Source: Camelus dromedarius (lineage: Eukaryota). From it: a DNA stretch of 64,000 bases. The number at the start of each line of letters is the position of its first letter. Within the stretch, counting starts at the first letter, position 1. A program made the position numbers and the translations under genes. This document shows, in pieces, positions 27,912 to 41,867 of this stretch. The stretch covers positions 75,270,001 to 75,334,000 of the forward strand of contig NC_087437.1 of the NCBI RefSeq assembly GCF_036321535.1. Direction: 5' to 3'. The notes under the pieces are model-generated. The model saw only the letters and a list, made by a program, of their open reading frames with translations. It was not told the DNA's origin and did not search any database.

Positions 27912-28947
27912 GTAAGAATCTGTTGCATTCTCATTTGCAATGAAATTAAAAAGTCTTATTTTGTGAAAAAGGTGAATTTGGGTAAATTAATGTTGTTTCT
28001 TAAGTAATTTTGTTTAGGAGATAATAGAATCTTAGAGTGATTTGACAGTTGTTTGTTATGAGGGCTCTCTCACACTGTGAAAACTTGTATTTCCTAAAAT
28101 TGTTACATATTAATTAAATGTGTGCTGTGTTCCAGCACTTGCTGCTTTCAAGGGGGCAAAGAATACAGAAAGGGGTTCCCAGTTCTTGATGTCACATACA
28201 AATGGCTACCTGTATGTATGTATACAGCTGCAACTCTCTTCTTGTAGGGATGGTGATAATAGTAATAGTACTTCATATTTGTTTGGAACTTTATAATTTG
28301 CAAAGGATCTCCTTGAAATATTTTATTAATCTTCTTTACTTTAACAAATATGTTAATATATAAGTATTAAGTATTAAAAAATATTTTCATCCTACAAATG
28401 AAACTGAGTCTTGGGTTAAGTTACTTGCTCAAGGTTAGTCACATAGCTAAGTGAAAAAGTTGACTTACATAATCTGAATCTAAGTCCAGTGATCTGTCTA
28501 CATGATCCTGCTTGCTTCAGTGTGGTAGCTATGAATAGACCATCTACTACCAGGAAGACGAGAACAGACCAAGATTAAAAGGCCGAAAAACTACACAGCA
28601 TAAGTGACAGAAGAGGCATGACACTTACAGATTTCCTGTTTCTGCTTTAATGTGGTTATCTTAACAGTATTTCTACATAGTAATTTGTAGTATTTTCTGC
28701 AAAATTTCAGCTGCTAGCATTGACTTAAAATACGAATGTTTCTTCCCAATTTGTATTGTTTAAGATTACTTAAAGTTACCACATAATTGTTGACTAAGTT
28801 ATAGTACATATGTATGTCTTTTGATACGATTGTCTTACAAACAAAAAATAAGGACATCTTAAAGTGTGTTTCTGTGAAGAGAAAACATGCTAAGTTGTCT
28901 ATTTGTTTTGTTCAATTTCTTCCCCTACTTCCACCCCTTGTCCTTAG

Positions 28948-29118
<171 letters not shown>

Positions 29119-29442
29119 ACATTATGTATTTATCTACTGGGAAGGTTGGGCAAGGAAGGTAATTTGTGACTCCAAAACAATAGCAAAGTATTATCTAATT
29201 ACTAATTTAGTAAAGAACCTGATCTGACACATATTTTTACTTGGTCTTAAAGTTTTACTTTCTGTTTCTGGATTTTATTGCTTAAAGCTTTCTTTGGTTC
29301 TTACTTTGGAATATTCTTCTTAACCTTCATTATTATTTTTTCTGAAGGTTTTTCCTTTTCCTTAGTTGTTTTCCACTCTCTTCTGCTTGTTATATTTATT
29401 CTCATTTATGATTAGATTTTAAAACAGACATCAGTAAATTTA

Positions 29443-29735
29443 TTTTTCTTGCCAGTTTTACTGAGATATAATTGACAGACATCATGAAACGATGACTGCA
29501 ACAGGTTTAGTGAACATCCATCATCTCATATAGATACAACATTGAAGAAATAGAAAAAAAAAATGTTTCCTGGTGATGAGAACTCTTAGGATTTACTCTG
29601 TTAACAACTTCCATATTATAAGGCAAAGCAGTATTAATTATATTTAACATGTACCTTACATCTCTGGTATGTATTTATCTTATGACTGGAAGTATGTACC
29701 TTTTGACTGCCTTCATTTGAGTCCACTACCCTCAC
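29443..29735 (-). mobile_element. 5'-truncated L1 3' end in the presumed CIP2A 3' UTR
   Basis: 'tactgagatataattgaca...gtgatgagaactcttaggatttactct'. TSD TCAGT(A/G)AATTTA at 29431 and 29736. Confidence 0.8.
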
Positions 29736-30374
29736 TCAGTGAATTTAAGATAACTTTACTACTGCATTTAAAATGTAGTAAGATACATGATATAGATTCT
29801 AAACTTTTTAAAAATGCAATGACTATTTACAGAAATGGTGTATAAAAATTAGAAAACAGCTCATGTTAAGTGACTACATTGTCACGTAAAAAACTATAAC
29901 CTATAGAATTATTTATGGATAGCTTTAGTTTTACTCTCTGAAATGTTGCACGTTGGCCTACCCTTATCATTTTTAATTAATTATGATTTTATAATTTACA
30001 TACAGATAGCTTGGATTCTACCCTTGCTACATATCGAGAAACATATTATTTGTTGTTAATTTTGATGTGAATTTCATTTAATATAGTCTTTCATTTAAAT
30101 AGCCTTCAATTAGGCCATTGAATTTTAAAGCATAAGTTAAATATCCTCATTCATGTATTAAATACAAGGGAATTTTTCAGGATTCTTTATTGAATCGAAT
30201 GTTCTAAGCAGTAGTTAAATTTTCATACTAATGTTTTAGTTGATTTTATTGCTATACTCTGACAACCATTGGCTGTACTTGGTGCTTTCTTCACTATTTG
30301 TATCTCTATTTGACTTGAGCAAACCTTAGATTTACTTCTGTTTTTCAACCGTATATCTAAATTTATATTTAGAA

Positions 30375-30650
30375 ATTAAACATAAATATATTTTCATGAT
30401 TCACTAATTATATTAAATATCAGATAATGGTTTTATGTATTTGTATACATTTTGTGCAGACTTTTTAAAAAAGCATTGTGCTGTGTAGCATTTTAAATTG
30501 GTACTCATTCTATAAGGGGTACATTCTATTTCTCTTTTGAAACTGCATGCATTTTCAATTTAATATGAAAATGTTTAAATGGATAGACTTGACTGAAGAG
30601 CAAAAGGCTCTGTAAAAATAAAAACCAACAAGTTCTATAGAATAAATAAA
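30375..30650 (+). terminator. Candidate CIP2A polyadenylation signals
   Basis: ATTAAA at 30375 and 30412 followed by a T/GT-rich tract; AATAAA at 30617, 30641 and 30645. The sequence alone cannot show which is used. Confidence 0.5.
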
Positions 30651-30721
30651 TGGACCAAAAAGCTCTAGGGAAAATCAAGCTCACTTTATAATTTAGACAT
30701 CTCAAGACACTGAGCCCAGCC

Positions 30722-30898
30722 CAGTGCTGCCCAATAGAACTTTTTTGTGATGATGAAAGTGTTCTGTATTTACATTCTCCAATACCAAAGCCTTTAGCCA
30801 CATGTGACTACTGAGCACTTAAAATGTGGCTAGTACAATGGAAGAACTGAATTTTTAATTTTGTTTAATTTGAATTGCCATCCTACTGGACAGTGCAG
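30722..30898. mobile_element. MER3 DNA transposon
   Basis: 'gctgcccaatagaacttttt...gccacatgtgactactgagcacttaaaatgtggctagt...tggacagtgcag'. Confidence 0.85.
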
Positions 30899-31937
30899 AT
30901 CTAGTCCATTCTTGCAAGTGTGCATTTATTTAAACCATTCAGTATGCCTATTCTTAAAGACCTATATAAGCAGAGAGTCTGTATATGTTTCAGCCTTTTT
31001 TTAAGTAACAATCATTTTAATCTGTTAATCCTAATCTCCTCTCTGAAGAGGAAGAATTATATTTCAGCTTTAAAGGTGAGTACTAATCGTCACTCTTCTT
31101 CACATCTTTTTTTTTCCTAGTCTTTCTGTCTCTTGTAGCATCTTTCATATTGTTCCTGTTGTTTTTCTTGACCTTACTACGTTGGGCATTGGGTACTTTG
31201 TTTTGTTTTGTTTTGTTTTTGGTTCCATGTACCTCAGATTAAAAACGAGTATATGTGTATATGTGTGTGTATTTTTTTCCTCTTTTTAAAAGTATTTTAA
31301 GCAAGTTTGAGCCACTACCATAAGTCAGGGCTTTATAAGTGATTTCTATGTGTGTGCACCCATTTCCTAATGGAGAGAAAAAACTAAGTAAATGCTTCAT
31401 TATATTAGAATTGTTCAAATTCTCTAAAAATTTTGCGATGAAGAGTTTGAATTCAAATATATGTTAACACAGTTCCTTATATCATTTGCATTTGCTCCTT
31501 GAACAAATAGACTTTCCTTAAAATTTGGGTGATTGGAGTTTATACTAAACTGCCATCTATTTAATGTCAGGGCAAAAAAATACTCATTAAAACTTAATGC
31601 TGTATTTGGGGGGAAATTGTCAGATTAATTACCTTTCAGCTTTATTTATGTTATAAAGAGTAGTTATTTACATTAAGGATATAATGAGATTGTCTTGAAT
31701 TGGGACTGTAAGTTAAATGAAAATGTGCCTGAATTTCAACTTCTACTTGAAGCTTATTCATATGTGTTACAGGTACCTCTAATCAAGGTGTATTTCCTAA
31801 AAAACACATGACCTTATTTTACTTTGGTTTTTTTTTTTTCTTTTCCTCTTTTCAGTTATGAATTGTATTTACAACTTTGTTTTTGACTTATCTACTGTTA
31901 GACAATACACATGTTCTGTTTGTGACTTAATTCTTTT

Positions 31938-32115
31938 GCAGGAATCAGCAAACATTTTCTGTAAAGGACCAGGTAGTAAATATTTCAGGCTTCGTGAGAC
32001 TTAACAGTCTCTCCTACAACTACTTATCTCTGCAATTGTAGCATGAAAGCAGCTATCCACAGTATGTAAACAAATGGGCAGGGCCATGTTCCAATCAAAT
32101 TTTATTTACAAAAAC
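31938..32115. mobile_element. MER58A-like fragment
   Basis: 'cagcaaacattttctgtaaaggaccaggtagtaaatatttcaggctt...ttttatttacaaaaaca'. Confidence 0.8.
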
Positions 32116-32119
32116 AATT

Positions 32120-32810
32120 AAAGCTTTGTTGTTAAATGTTGTATCTTATTACTGATTAATTTGACCCTTTTACCATTAAGAAATGTATCTCTTTATCTTT
32201 GGTAATCTTTGTCTTGTCATCTATTTTATTTGATATTTATCTAGCTACTCTAACCTTTATGTTTTCTTTTGGCCTGGTATATCTTTTTTTTTTTTTTTAA
32301 CAGTTTACTTTTATCCTGTGTCTTTGTTTATAAAGTGCATAACTTGTGGATAGTATGTTGTTTGGGGTCTTGCTTTTTTTTTTTTTTTAAACCTATTTTT
32401 GACAAATAAGTCCTTAACTTTCACAGTTCACTTGGAGTTAGTATTGCACTACTTAATGTAAAATGTAGAAACCTTGCAACTCTGTGGGTCCTTTTAACCT
32501 CTCCTTATCCTTTATGCTTAAGCATTATTGACCCCCAAAGCAATATTTGATTTTTTTGCTTAAAACAATTATACAGAAATGCCTTTCAACACCATACTAT
32601 ATTTACCTATTTGCACACAATAATACACACAAAGTGGTGTCTTCAATGTAACATTACTTGTTTTTTCCCTTTGGAAATAATAAGTAACTTATGGGAAGAT
32701 ACTGCAAATACACTGTTTCTTCCAACTTTCACTCAATGGTTTTAGTGTCCATTGAGATTCTCGCTTGAATCAGTCATTACTCTGATGGTTGTCAAATGGT
32801 TATTTTCTTC
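32120..32810 (-). mobile_element. Old L1 fragments
   Basis: Antisense L1-like text ('tttgaccctttaccatta...tctattttatttgatatt...ctactc'). Boundaries approximate. Confidence 0.55.
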
Positions 32811-35800
32811 CACTTTTTTAATGGAAGTATACTGAATATTTTCTTAATATTATGATATACTGGGAATAGCAATCGAAATTGCATTATTACATTGTTGACA
32901 AAATTTAAATATAGTGCTTACAGTTTTATAACTCATAGAGTATGTACTTTTTTGTGTGCATATTCTCACAAGCCAAGAATTTGGGATTTGTTTTCTGTAG
33001 TTTAAGAGAATAAATAATATGTATGTTAAGCATATTGAATATTTTTTTAAACCACAGGGCCTTTTTGATATTATTTTCCTTCCCAGACCCCCTAATTTGA
33101 GAATTGCTCATTTAGGTCATAAGATTCTATTTCAGTCACTTGCCTTGACTCTCTCAATGATCTGCAATAAATATTAAACGCATATTACCCATAATGATAA
33201 ATAAATCTTTTGGGTTAAGAAACTATTTTCAGCATTCAGTGAGCTTACACTCAAGATAGTAAATTTTTAAAAAAGAATTAAAATGAACAAATAAAAAACA
33301 TGACCTATACCTTTGAAAGGTAGATGGTTTATTTCATTTTTATAATATAGATAATGAGCCTGATAAGCATTTGAAATTATATGCCTCTGTAATCCATAAA
33401 TTGAGAGGAAACATTATAAAAATAAAAAAATCATGAGTTCTTTTGAATCTGCAAATTGTTTTAAAATCACATAGTCTTACTCTACTTAGCATTTTGTAGC
33501 TAATTGACTTCCTTCCTGTTGTGCAAAAAGGCCTGTTTTGTCTATGCTTGTGTTTATCAAAGCATTTCAAAAATACCCAGAGAAAACTTAATTATCACCA
33601 TGAATGAAGAGGTACCATAATTCACAGAACCCAGCTCTTTTGCACGTTGAGCTACAAATAGCCCTTCAAAACGGAATTAAATGTGAGGAGCAGAAATGGT
33701 TATCTTTTTTCCCAATTAAATGCACTGTTTTAGTTATCTAATTCCCCAAGGACCTAGCATTCATATGTTCTTGGTATTTCAAAAAACATAGATAATCCTA
33801 GAATACATAGCAAAGGGCTTTTTTTATCCAGCCAGTGCTGCATAAGAGAATGACATTTTCAAAGTCAATAGAGTAGGCTAAGTTACAGTTTCATTATGTT
33901 ATTAAAAACTGATATTTCACTAAGTAGCTGAGCATTTGGCGGGAATTTAGTAGTGAACATGATTCTGCCTCTCAGTTACATTATCTACACTCCTATTCCA
34001 AGAGTTATATTTCATCTCACTTAGCCAAAAGATACAGTGCATTAGAGTAGTCTCATGCTTTTCTCAAACTTCAAATAAAAAGGCTTACGACTAGCCCTTG
34101 GAAAAGACAACATAGTTATGTTCAATTACACAGGGTTTTTCTTTACCCACAAATAAAGACTAGTATTTACTACAGACTAATTTGTATAAAACTAACAGTA
34201 ATCAGAATGTTAGAACTGAATTTTTAAAGAACAGTGAGCCCAGACCCCTTGAGTTTCACAAAGATATTTAATACTGCATTTTATGTTGCATTTTCAGAAA
34301 AGAGGCCTCATGATTCAAACACAAACTGATATGTGATTAAAGAACATGTATTATGGGCAGTTTCACCTCTGGGAATTTATCTGAAGGAAATAAGGATATG
34401 TACTAAGATTTAGGTACAGTAATATTGCAGTGTTTATTGTGGCACAAAATTGGAGACAGTCCATGTGTACAGTCAGAGGAGATTAATTAATCATGTGTAA
34501 GTACAGTCATTCAATAGAAAAATGTGTAACCTTTTTAAAAAGATACTGAAATATTTACATGGAAAGAGGTTCCTATTGTGTTAAGTGGAGGAAGCAGGAA
34601 GCCACTGATTCACTTATCTGCGTATCTCTAAGATATATAGGTATGTATAAATATGTAGGTATACATACGTTTATTCTAAATGGTGAACAGTGGTTGCCTC
34701 TGAGTAATGAATTTAAGTTTGAATTTGTTGTTTACTTCTAAAATTTTTAAATAAGTGTTACTTTAATGTTTTAAAACCATGTTTCAAAATACAAGTTTTG
34801 TAACCACATCTAAATTTAACTTCTGGGTCTACCTAAGGAAAGTGTCATCTGTAAAATGAGGATAATATGTACTTTATAGTATTGTTACATTTTAATATAT
34901 ACAAATAAAGGTCATGGCATTTAGTAGATTTTCAGGAAATGTTTATCTAAACCCTTTTAGAAGAATGGAATAGAAACCTTTAGTTCCTTTGTCCATAGTT
35001 TCTAAGTTCTCCTCAAACCTGTGGGCTGTTGTAAAAAGTAAAATTAATGGTAAAGATTCTGCTTTTTCAAAAGTAGTGCAGGGTTAGTACTAGAAGTTAA
35101 AGTATTCTTGTCTACAGCTAGGATAACAATTTTATTGACTAAAGCTAGTCTAGGTTGCTCTTCTACTTAATTTACTTCTATTAAGTAGATGTTCTTAGCA
35201 GTATTAAGGTAAACATTTTTCTCTTTGAAAGAAGTATCTTTTCATACTTGAAATTAGCCCTCAATGATGTCACAGCCTTTTCCAACTGATGAATATATTT
35301 ACTAAATTCATTGTGAATTTGTACATTGTTATTTAATTTCCTGCAAGAGAGGATGAAGGAAAGACATAGTTGAGAAAAGTCTGCCAAATTTTAGTAACAA
35401 AATAACATGTCTAGGATTTGGAATCTGTTATATCCCTAGCTCTTTTGACAGACTTACGAATGCTAAAAGCAAATAAGCTTTAAAAAAGATACTTGTTTAC
35501 TTAAGCCACGTATGTGTAATAGCCTCATTGATTTCCCACTTAATGTAAACTAGAGTTTATTCTATGTTAATATTTCTATGTAGAAATGTCATTTTCATAT
35601 TAATATTAGCCTCTTTAAAGAAGTCCAAACATGTTTAGGGCCATGTATCCTAAAGAAAAGATTTATGCATTGTGTTTACAGAGATAATGAAAATATAAGC
35701 CTTTAGTTGTACTATCAAGGAAGAGTTACAAGAATATTGGAAATTTGTATAGTATTAAGAGGAGAGATAACATAGTAATACATGTTTGAAACCAGCTGTG

Positions 35801-37218
35801 CAGAAATACTAAGAGAATAAGCAACGTCACCCTGAGCCATTTAGTCTGAGTGGTATTTCCTGCAAATACCCTTGAGCTTAGACTGATTGAAGCCATGACT
35901 TGAACTGTTGCTGTCTTTGAGCTACTAATCTGAATGAGAGACTCAAGGTATTGATGTTGTGGATTGACCCAGGTAGTAAAATGTCTCATTTTCTATGATG
36001 CCTGTGTGGGTACTTAACTTCTGATCATTCTGCTAATATTTCCAGGAGCCGTGTTTCTTTGTATGGTTAGTTCAATGCTGATTTCATATTAATCAAATGT
36101 ACTGTGGACAATAGTAGCACCTTAGTTTTAACAACTGTGAGTGAGATTCTCTGTTTGAGGAAGGAGTGGGGGAAATAAATAGATTATGTAAGCTCATAGT
36201 ACAAAATTTAAGAAAAGATTCTTCGACTTCCAGTTTCCGCTTCAAACATGTAAAGAGCTTGGAAGTTGTCTTTTCCACACTCACGAGAAAAAAGCTGAAT
36301 GAACAGAAAAAAATCAGTGTTTTTTTCTTAGATTCATCAGAGGATTGAGGTCACAGGACTAACCACCACCTCAAAACTGGAGAGACAAACAGTACAGAGA
36401 ATATAGGTCAACTTATCTACAGCAAAAGTGTGGTAGGAACACTTAATAACTTTGATTAATTGCTGGAGGCTGTACAGGTGAACATGCTTGAGAGTTATAA
36501 ACTCCTGGGAACCCCGTACTTTTAACATGTTCCTGAGTTTTACTTCTGGGAGCCTCACCAGGTTCTCATGTAAAGATCAGAGGAAACTCCTCCCATGTTT
36601 GGCCAGGTGGAGAAGGAAAGTAATCCTTTTGAAATAAGCCCAGGACATTTTCTATAACAAAGTTCTATCTAACAAGGAAAAACTCCCTGGAGCCTTATCA
36701 GACTTGGGGGAAGGATAATTACCTAACTCTGGCCCCTTTTAGCCTTCAGGTCTCACCTAAGGGAGAAACAAAGCTGAGAAGCACTTATAACAGTTATATC
36801 CCAGGGCCACAGGCCCACTAAATCAAAGAGTGGTCATCACTACTGATCCTGTGAATATGAAAAGATAGTGAAAGAATATTATGAGCATCTCTGTGCCTAC
36901 AGATTTAATGACTTTGATGAAATGGGCCCATTTCTTGAAAGACACAAGCTACTAAAATTCACACAGGAGAAATGGATACTATGAATAGCACTGTATCAAA
37001 GAAATTAAAGCAATAATTACTAAACTTCCAAAACAGCATCAGACCAAGATGGTTTCACTGGTGAATTCTACTAAACATTTAAGAGAAATGACACAAATTC
37101 TCTACATTCCCTCCCAGAATATAGAAGCATTATCATTCTATGAGGCCATCATTACCCTAAGACTAAAACCAACAAGCAAGAAAGGAAAACTATAGATCAG
37201 TATCTCATGAACATAGAT

Positions 37219-37620
37219 CAGGCATACGTTGGATATATCGCAAGTTCTGTTCCAGACCACTGCTATTAAAGCAAATATAACAGTAAAGTGAGTCACTAAT
37301 TTTTTGGCTTTCCAGTGCATATAAAAGTTATGTTTATACTCTAGTATGTGTGCAATAGCATTATGTCTAAAAAATGTACATAATTTAAAAATAGAAAACA
37401 AAAAACAAATTTTAATACTAACAGCAAAGATCACAGATCACCAAAAAAATACAATAATGGAAAAGTTTGAAATATTGTGAGAATTATCAAAATGTTACAT
37501 AGAGGCACAAAGTGAGCAAATGCTGTTGGAAAAATAGTGCTGATAGAATTGCTCAAAGCATGGTTGCCACAAACCAATTTGTCCAAAAATGCAGCATCTG
37601 GGAAGTGCAATAAAATCCTG
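37219..37620 (-). mobile_element. Tigger1-derived deletion element nested in L1
   Basis: CAGGCATAC...GTTCCAGACCAC...CCAGTGCATATAAAAGTTATGTTTA matches the recalled Tigger1 end. Confidence 0.85.
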
Positions 37621-37838
37621 CACAAAAATCCTCAACAAAAATTAGCAAATTGAATCCAATAATGTTTCAAAAGAATCATAAGCCACGACCAAAGATGATT
37701 TAATAAACTGTTACAATGGAATATTATTCAGCAATAAAAAGAAATGAGCTCTCAAGCCATGAAAAGACATGGAGGAAACTTAAGTGCATATTACCAAGTG
37801 AAAGAAGCCAGTCTGAAAGTCTACATAGTGTATGATTC

Positions 37839-38151
37839 TGAAAAATTAATAAACAGAAATCACAATTAAAATACAGTTGAGAGGCCAGAATGGGGAGTGC
37901 TCATACCCTATGACAACAGCAGAGCCCAACAGTTCTTTCTGGCCAATAGCTCAACCAATCAAAAGCCATGGACTCTTTGTTTATTATAGCCCTCCCAATT
38001 TTCTTTTCCTTTCTGTAAAAGAGCTCCTTTGCTGTGTGGGGACTTGCATGTGTCTCACCATAGTTGCAAACCAGAAATTGCAACTCTTTATTGATCCCAA
38101 ATAAACCAATTTTTGTTAGGTTAAATAACTGGTAGTCTTTTCTGGGTTACA
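37839..38151 (+). mobile_element. Solo LTR (probably ERV1 class) nested in L1
   Basis: TG...CA termini, CCAAT boxes, AATAAA near the 3' end, flanks ATTC/ATTT; splits the L1 motif tgtatgattc|caac. Confidence 0.75.
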
Positions 38152-38569
38152 ATTTCAACCACATGACATACTGCAAAAGTAAAAACTATAGCAACAGTAA
38201 ACAGCAGTGTTTGCCAGAGCTGGGGGTGTGAATAGCTGAGAGGATTGATAAAAAGGTGGAGCATAGGAACTTTTTAGTGCAGTGAAAGGATCTGTATGAT
38301 ACTGCAGTAGTGGATACATGACATTCACTTGTCAAAATAATTCCATGGAACTCTGCAACACAAAGAGTGAACCTTAATGTAAACTGTAAATTATGGTTAT
38401 ATCAGTATTGGTGCATTAATTGTAATAAATATACCACACTTATGCATGGTGCAAATGTACCATGAGGTGGGTAAGTATATGGAACTCTACCTGCATAATT
38501 ATTCTCTACGTCTAAAACTATACTAAAAATATATTATTTTTTAAATGTAAAAAGAAAAAAGATACATGG

Positions 38570-39910
38570 TTATCCCTTTTACTCCCTTCTCTTAGCCATC
38601 TGTTCCCCTCCACAGAGATGTTCATTTGTTACCAGTTTCTTTATGTAGTCTTAAAGAAAGTTACAGTACATACAAACATGTATATGCATATGCATGTTTT
38701 TGGTGGGTTACAGAAGTGAAAATGTTCTATACATATTGTTCTATACCTTTCCTTTCTCACCACGCAATATCTAGGAAAATGTTCCAGGGTATCAGCACAC
38801 ACACAGCTTCTTGATCTTTTTGACAATTTCATAATATTTCACTGATAGATATGCTATTGTTATTCAACTCATATTAGTGAATAGAAATTATTTTTCATCT
38901 TTTGCTGTAATGAAGACTGTTATTAATATCTTTATACAAATGTCATTTGAAGTAGAATTACTTGGTCCAGATGTACGTGCACTTAAAAATATCCCATTGG
39001 TAATGTTTGTTTCCCCACATCCTCATCATTTTATTGTAATCAAACATTATCAGTTATTCTGGTATTAAATTTTCATGACTGTCATACATGTAAAAATTAC
39101 TTTTTTTTTGTTTCATTTTCTGTGAACTGCTAAATCCCTTTCCAGTTTTTCTCTTGGGTTATCCATCATTTCCCTATCAGATTGCAGGCAATGTTTAGTA
39201 AGTAAATTTTCCAACTACCTATGATTAAAAATTGCAAATATTTTCCCCAGATAGTTTTCTGACTTTTGTTTATGATGTATTTTTTCTATGAAGATTTTTT
39301 TTTAATTTTAACCTTTTCTTATTTCTACTTTGCAGCTTGAAAATGTTTTAGTATTTAATGGAGCTAATCTCTCATTTTTTATTTAAGAATTTTCCTGAAT
39401 ATACTTGTTCATTAGTTTTTTCCATGTTATTTTAGAATCATCTTGTTTATTTAAAAATTTTTTGACTTTTTATTCGAATAATGTTAGATTTACAGACTAC
39501 TTAAAATTGACATCTCTATAATGTTAAGTCAATTTTTTGAAACATGATATGCCTTTCCATGGATTCAAGTCTTTTATTACCTTCCATAATATTTTATTTG
39601 TATATAGTTTTTGTACTTTGTTAAATTTTAACTTTTTGTCACCTTTTCATCCATTATATTTTCTGAGTAAATATATGGGTATATACATTAAAGCTGTTGA
39701 TTTCTGTAAGCAGTTTTATATTTTGTATCCAAACTATTACTGAATTGACCTTAAAAGAATCCAAGAGAACCTCCTACAATATTATGTTTACATTTCACCA
39801 TTAAGTATGATTTATTTGGGGTTTTTTTTCAGAAATACTTTATGAAATTAAAGAAGTTTCTGTTTTTAGTTTAAAAGAATTTAAATGTTTTACCAAATGC
39901 TTTCTCTGCA
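38570..39910 (-). mobile_element. Highly degraded L1ME-type fragments
   Basis: T-rich antisense L1 text ('tttcaccattaagtatgat', 'ttaccaaatgctttctctgca'). Confidence 0.6.
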
Positions 39911-39944
39911 AGCGATATACGTAGGATGGGCTTCTCTATTCCCA

Positions 39945-40730
39945 CTGATGCAGCAGAAATTGAGCTTTCTGTTCCTGCAAACTTAGGCTCTGCTGGATTT
40001 GAGTTGCTGGTTCCCAGAGTAAAATTTTTATAAGAGATACAATAAATGTTCTTTTAAACTGGAATTTGAGATGAACACCTGGTCCTTCGAGCTTCTAATG
40101 CCAGTAGACCACCAGGAAAAGAAGGGGTTACTGTACTGGCTGAGATGAATGATCCTGCACAATACATGATGGAGACAGGGAAGACGATGACTGGGATACA
40201 GGAGAGCCTCTGAGGGGCCTCAGTACTTCTATGTCTGTGACAAAATTAGTGGAAAATTGCATATACTGCTAGTGACTCCAGACTTTTAAGAGTGACAGTT
40301 TGCATTGCCCCTGTAAGCCACAACCTGTGGCCAGCTGAAGTGTTTACTAAAAGCAAAGAGGTACGGGATAAATAGTGCTAGAGGGAAGACAGAAATGCCG
40401 GCAATGGACCACATGTTCAGTTACAAAAGCAGGGACTGTAGTAGCTATGAGTACTTCACCGCACCTTTGAAATGAATGTATGTATTTTCTTTCTATTTCA
40501 GTTCTTTTTCTTTGTTCTTCTCCCACCTTCCATTCCTCTGTTACAACCTTAGATGTGTTAAGAGTGGTTAACCTTATAGTCTGTATTTAGATTACAGGAT
40601 ATCAAAGGGGTGGTGTGATTCATCTCAAAGAAGAATGGACATCACCGTGACTGAGGTGACATGGAACTCTGTGTCCTCTGGGGACAGGGTGAGTTTTGGT
40701 TTGTACAGGCATAGTTGAATCAATGTAAGG
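39945..40730 (+). mobile_element. ERV-L internal remnant (pol C-terminus / dUTPase region)
   Basis: Frame-broken peptides LSVPANLGSAGFELLVP, DTINVLLNWNLR, LLMPVDHQEKK, VTVLAEMNDP, WDTGEPL, PAEV, QLQKQGL* resemble HERV-L. Confidence 0.8.
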
Positions 40731-40769
40731 AAAATTTTTCTGTTGTCTTTATTTGTAAGTTAAGTATGG

Positions 40770-41267
40770 CTGGAAGTATATTTCCCAGAACCCCTTCTTA
40801 AGCTTTAGGATTAGAGTTAGTCCATAGAGAAACTACTGAAGATTTGGAAGGCAGAGACAAAGCAACTGTTGTTACCTTCTGAAGGTTTCCATGGTTAGGT
40901 GTGGTGAGAGAAAGATGTGAAGAAACCAGGGGATCCAAGTTATCTTCACTATCTCTGCTCTGGGTGCAGTTTATCTTCCCACTGGCCAGTCCTGCTGAGC
41001 CCAGCCCCCAGGCTCACCAGCACACCTGGAGGCAGCAGCTTCCTATAGACATCACCAGCTTTCCACCACGGTCTCCTTTTGGCAACTGCCTAGATTCTCT
41101 TTCAAGCTTCCAACTAGCTTCAGTGTTTCAGGAGGTTGGCTAGGAGCTTGTCTGATCCACCAGCTTGCCCTTTGATGGGGACCATCTTCTGCAATTATTC
41201 CTCTTATTCCTACAATAATCCCCTATTCCATGATACTCTGCTTTCCTGATGGAACCCTGACAATTAC
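40770..41267 (+). mobile_element. ERVL-class LTR fragment
   Basis: Ends 'ctctgctttcctgatggaaccctgacaattaca', typical of old ERVL LTRs. Confidence 0.6.
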
Positions 41268-41867
41268 ACTCATATTCCTTTCGACTTTTGTGAATTATCT
41301 CTGATCCTTCCAATGTTTTTATTTTATTTTATTGGATATTATTCATGTATTCCTCATAGGCTGTAGGTTGCAGAGTTAGGTCTCCTGTGATTTTACTGTC
41401 TTTGTTAGAGGTTTGGAGGAGTTGTCATGCACCCTCCCTTCTCTCTGGGTTATATTCAATTAAGAACAAATAAAAACAGTAAGCAGGAGTCAAACACAGA
41501 TTTAGCATCATAATGGAAAAGCTGAATTTCAGATATCACCCACCCCTTCCCTCCTGCTCTTCCTGTCTTGCGCATGCAAGTGTCTTCTAACGCTATTTGT
41601 TGAGGCAACAAAAACAGCAAAGGAAATGTCATTATGCATATAAATAACCCTTGCCAACTATCCTGAATTGGGAGGGGGAGGCTCATGGCTCTTGATGCTT
41701 TTGTCAGGTTTGGATGCTTTCTCTCTGTCCAGCTTATTAACATAAGACTATCTAAAAAGTCTACTCATTCATATTTTTTCCCAGCATGCTTACCCTAGTT
41801 ACAAAAAACAACAACAAAAACCATCCAGTACCTTTCTACTGGGCTCTCACATTGTTAGTACCTTAGA

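Larger units (their letters stand above)
36222..38545 (+). mobile_element. Internally deleted old L1 (L1MC/MD-type 5' end, ORF2 piece, 3' end) carrying nested insertions
   Basis: ORF2 text 'gatggtttcactggtgaattcta...ctcatgaacataga...aaaatcctcaacaaaa'; 3' UTR 'aaatgagctctcaagccatgaaaagacatggaggaaacttaa'. Confidence 0.85.
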
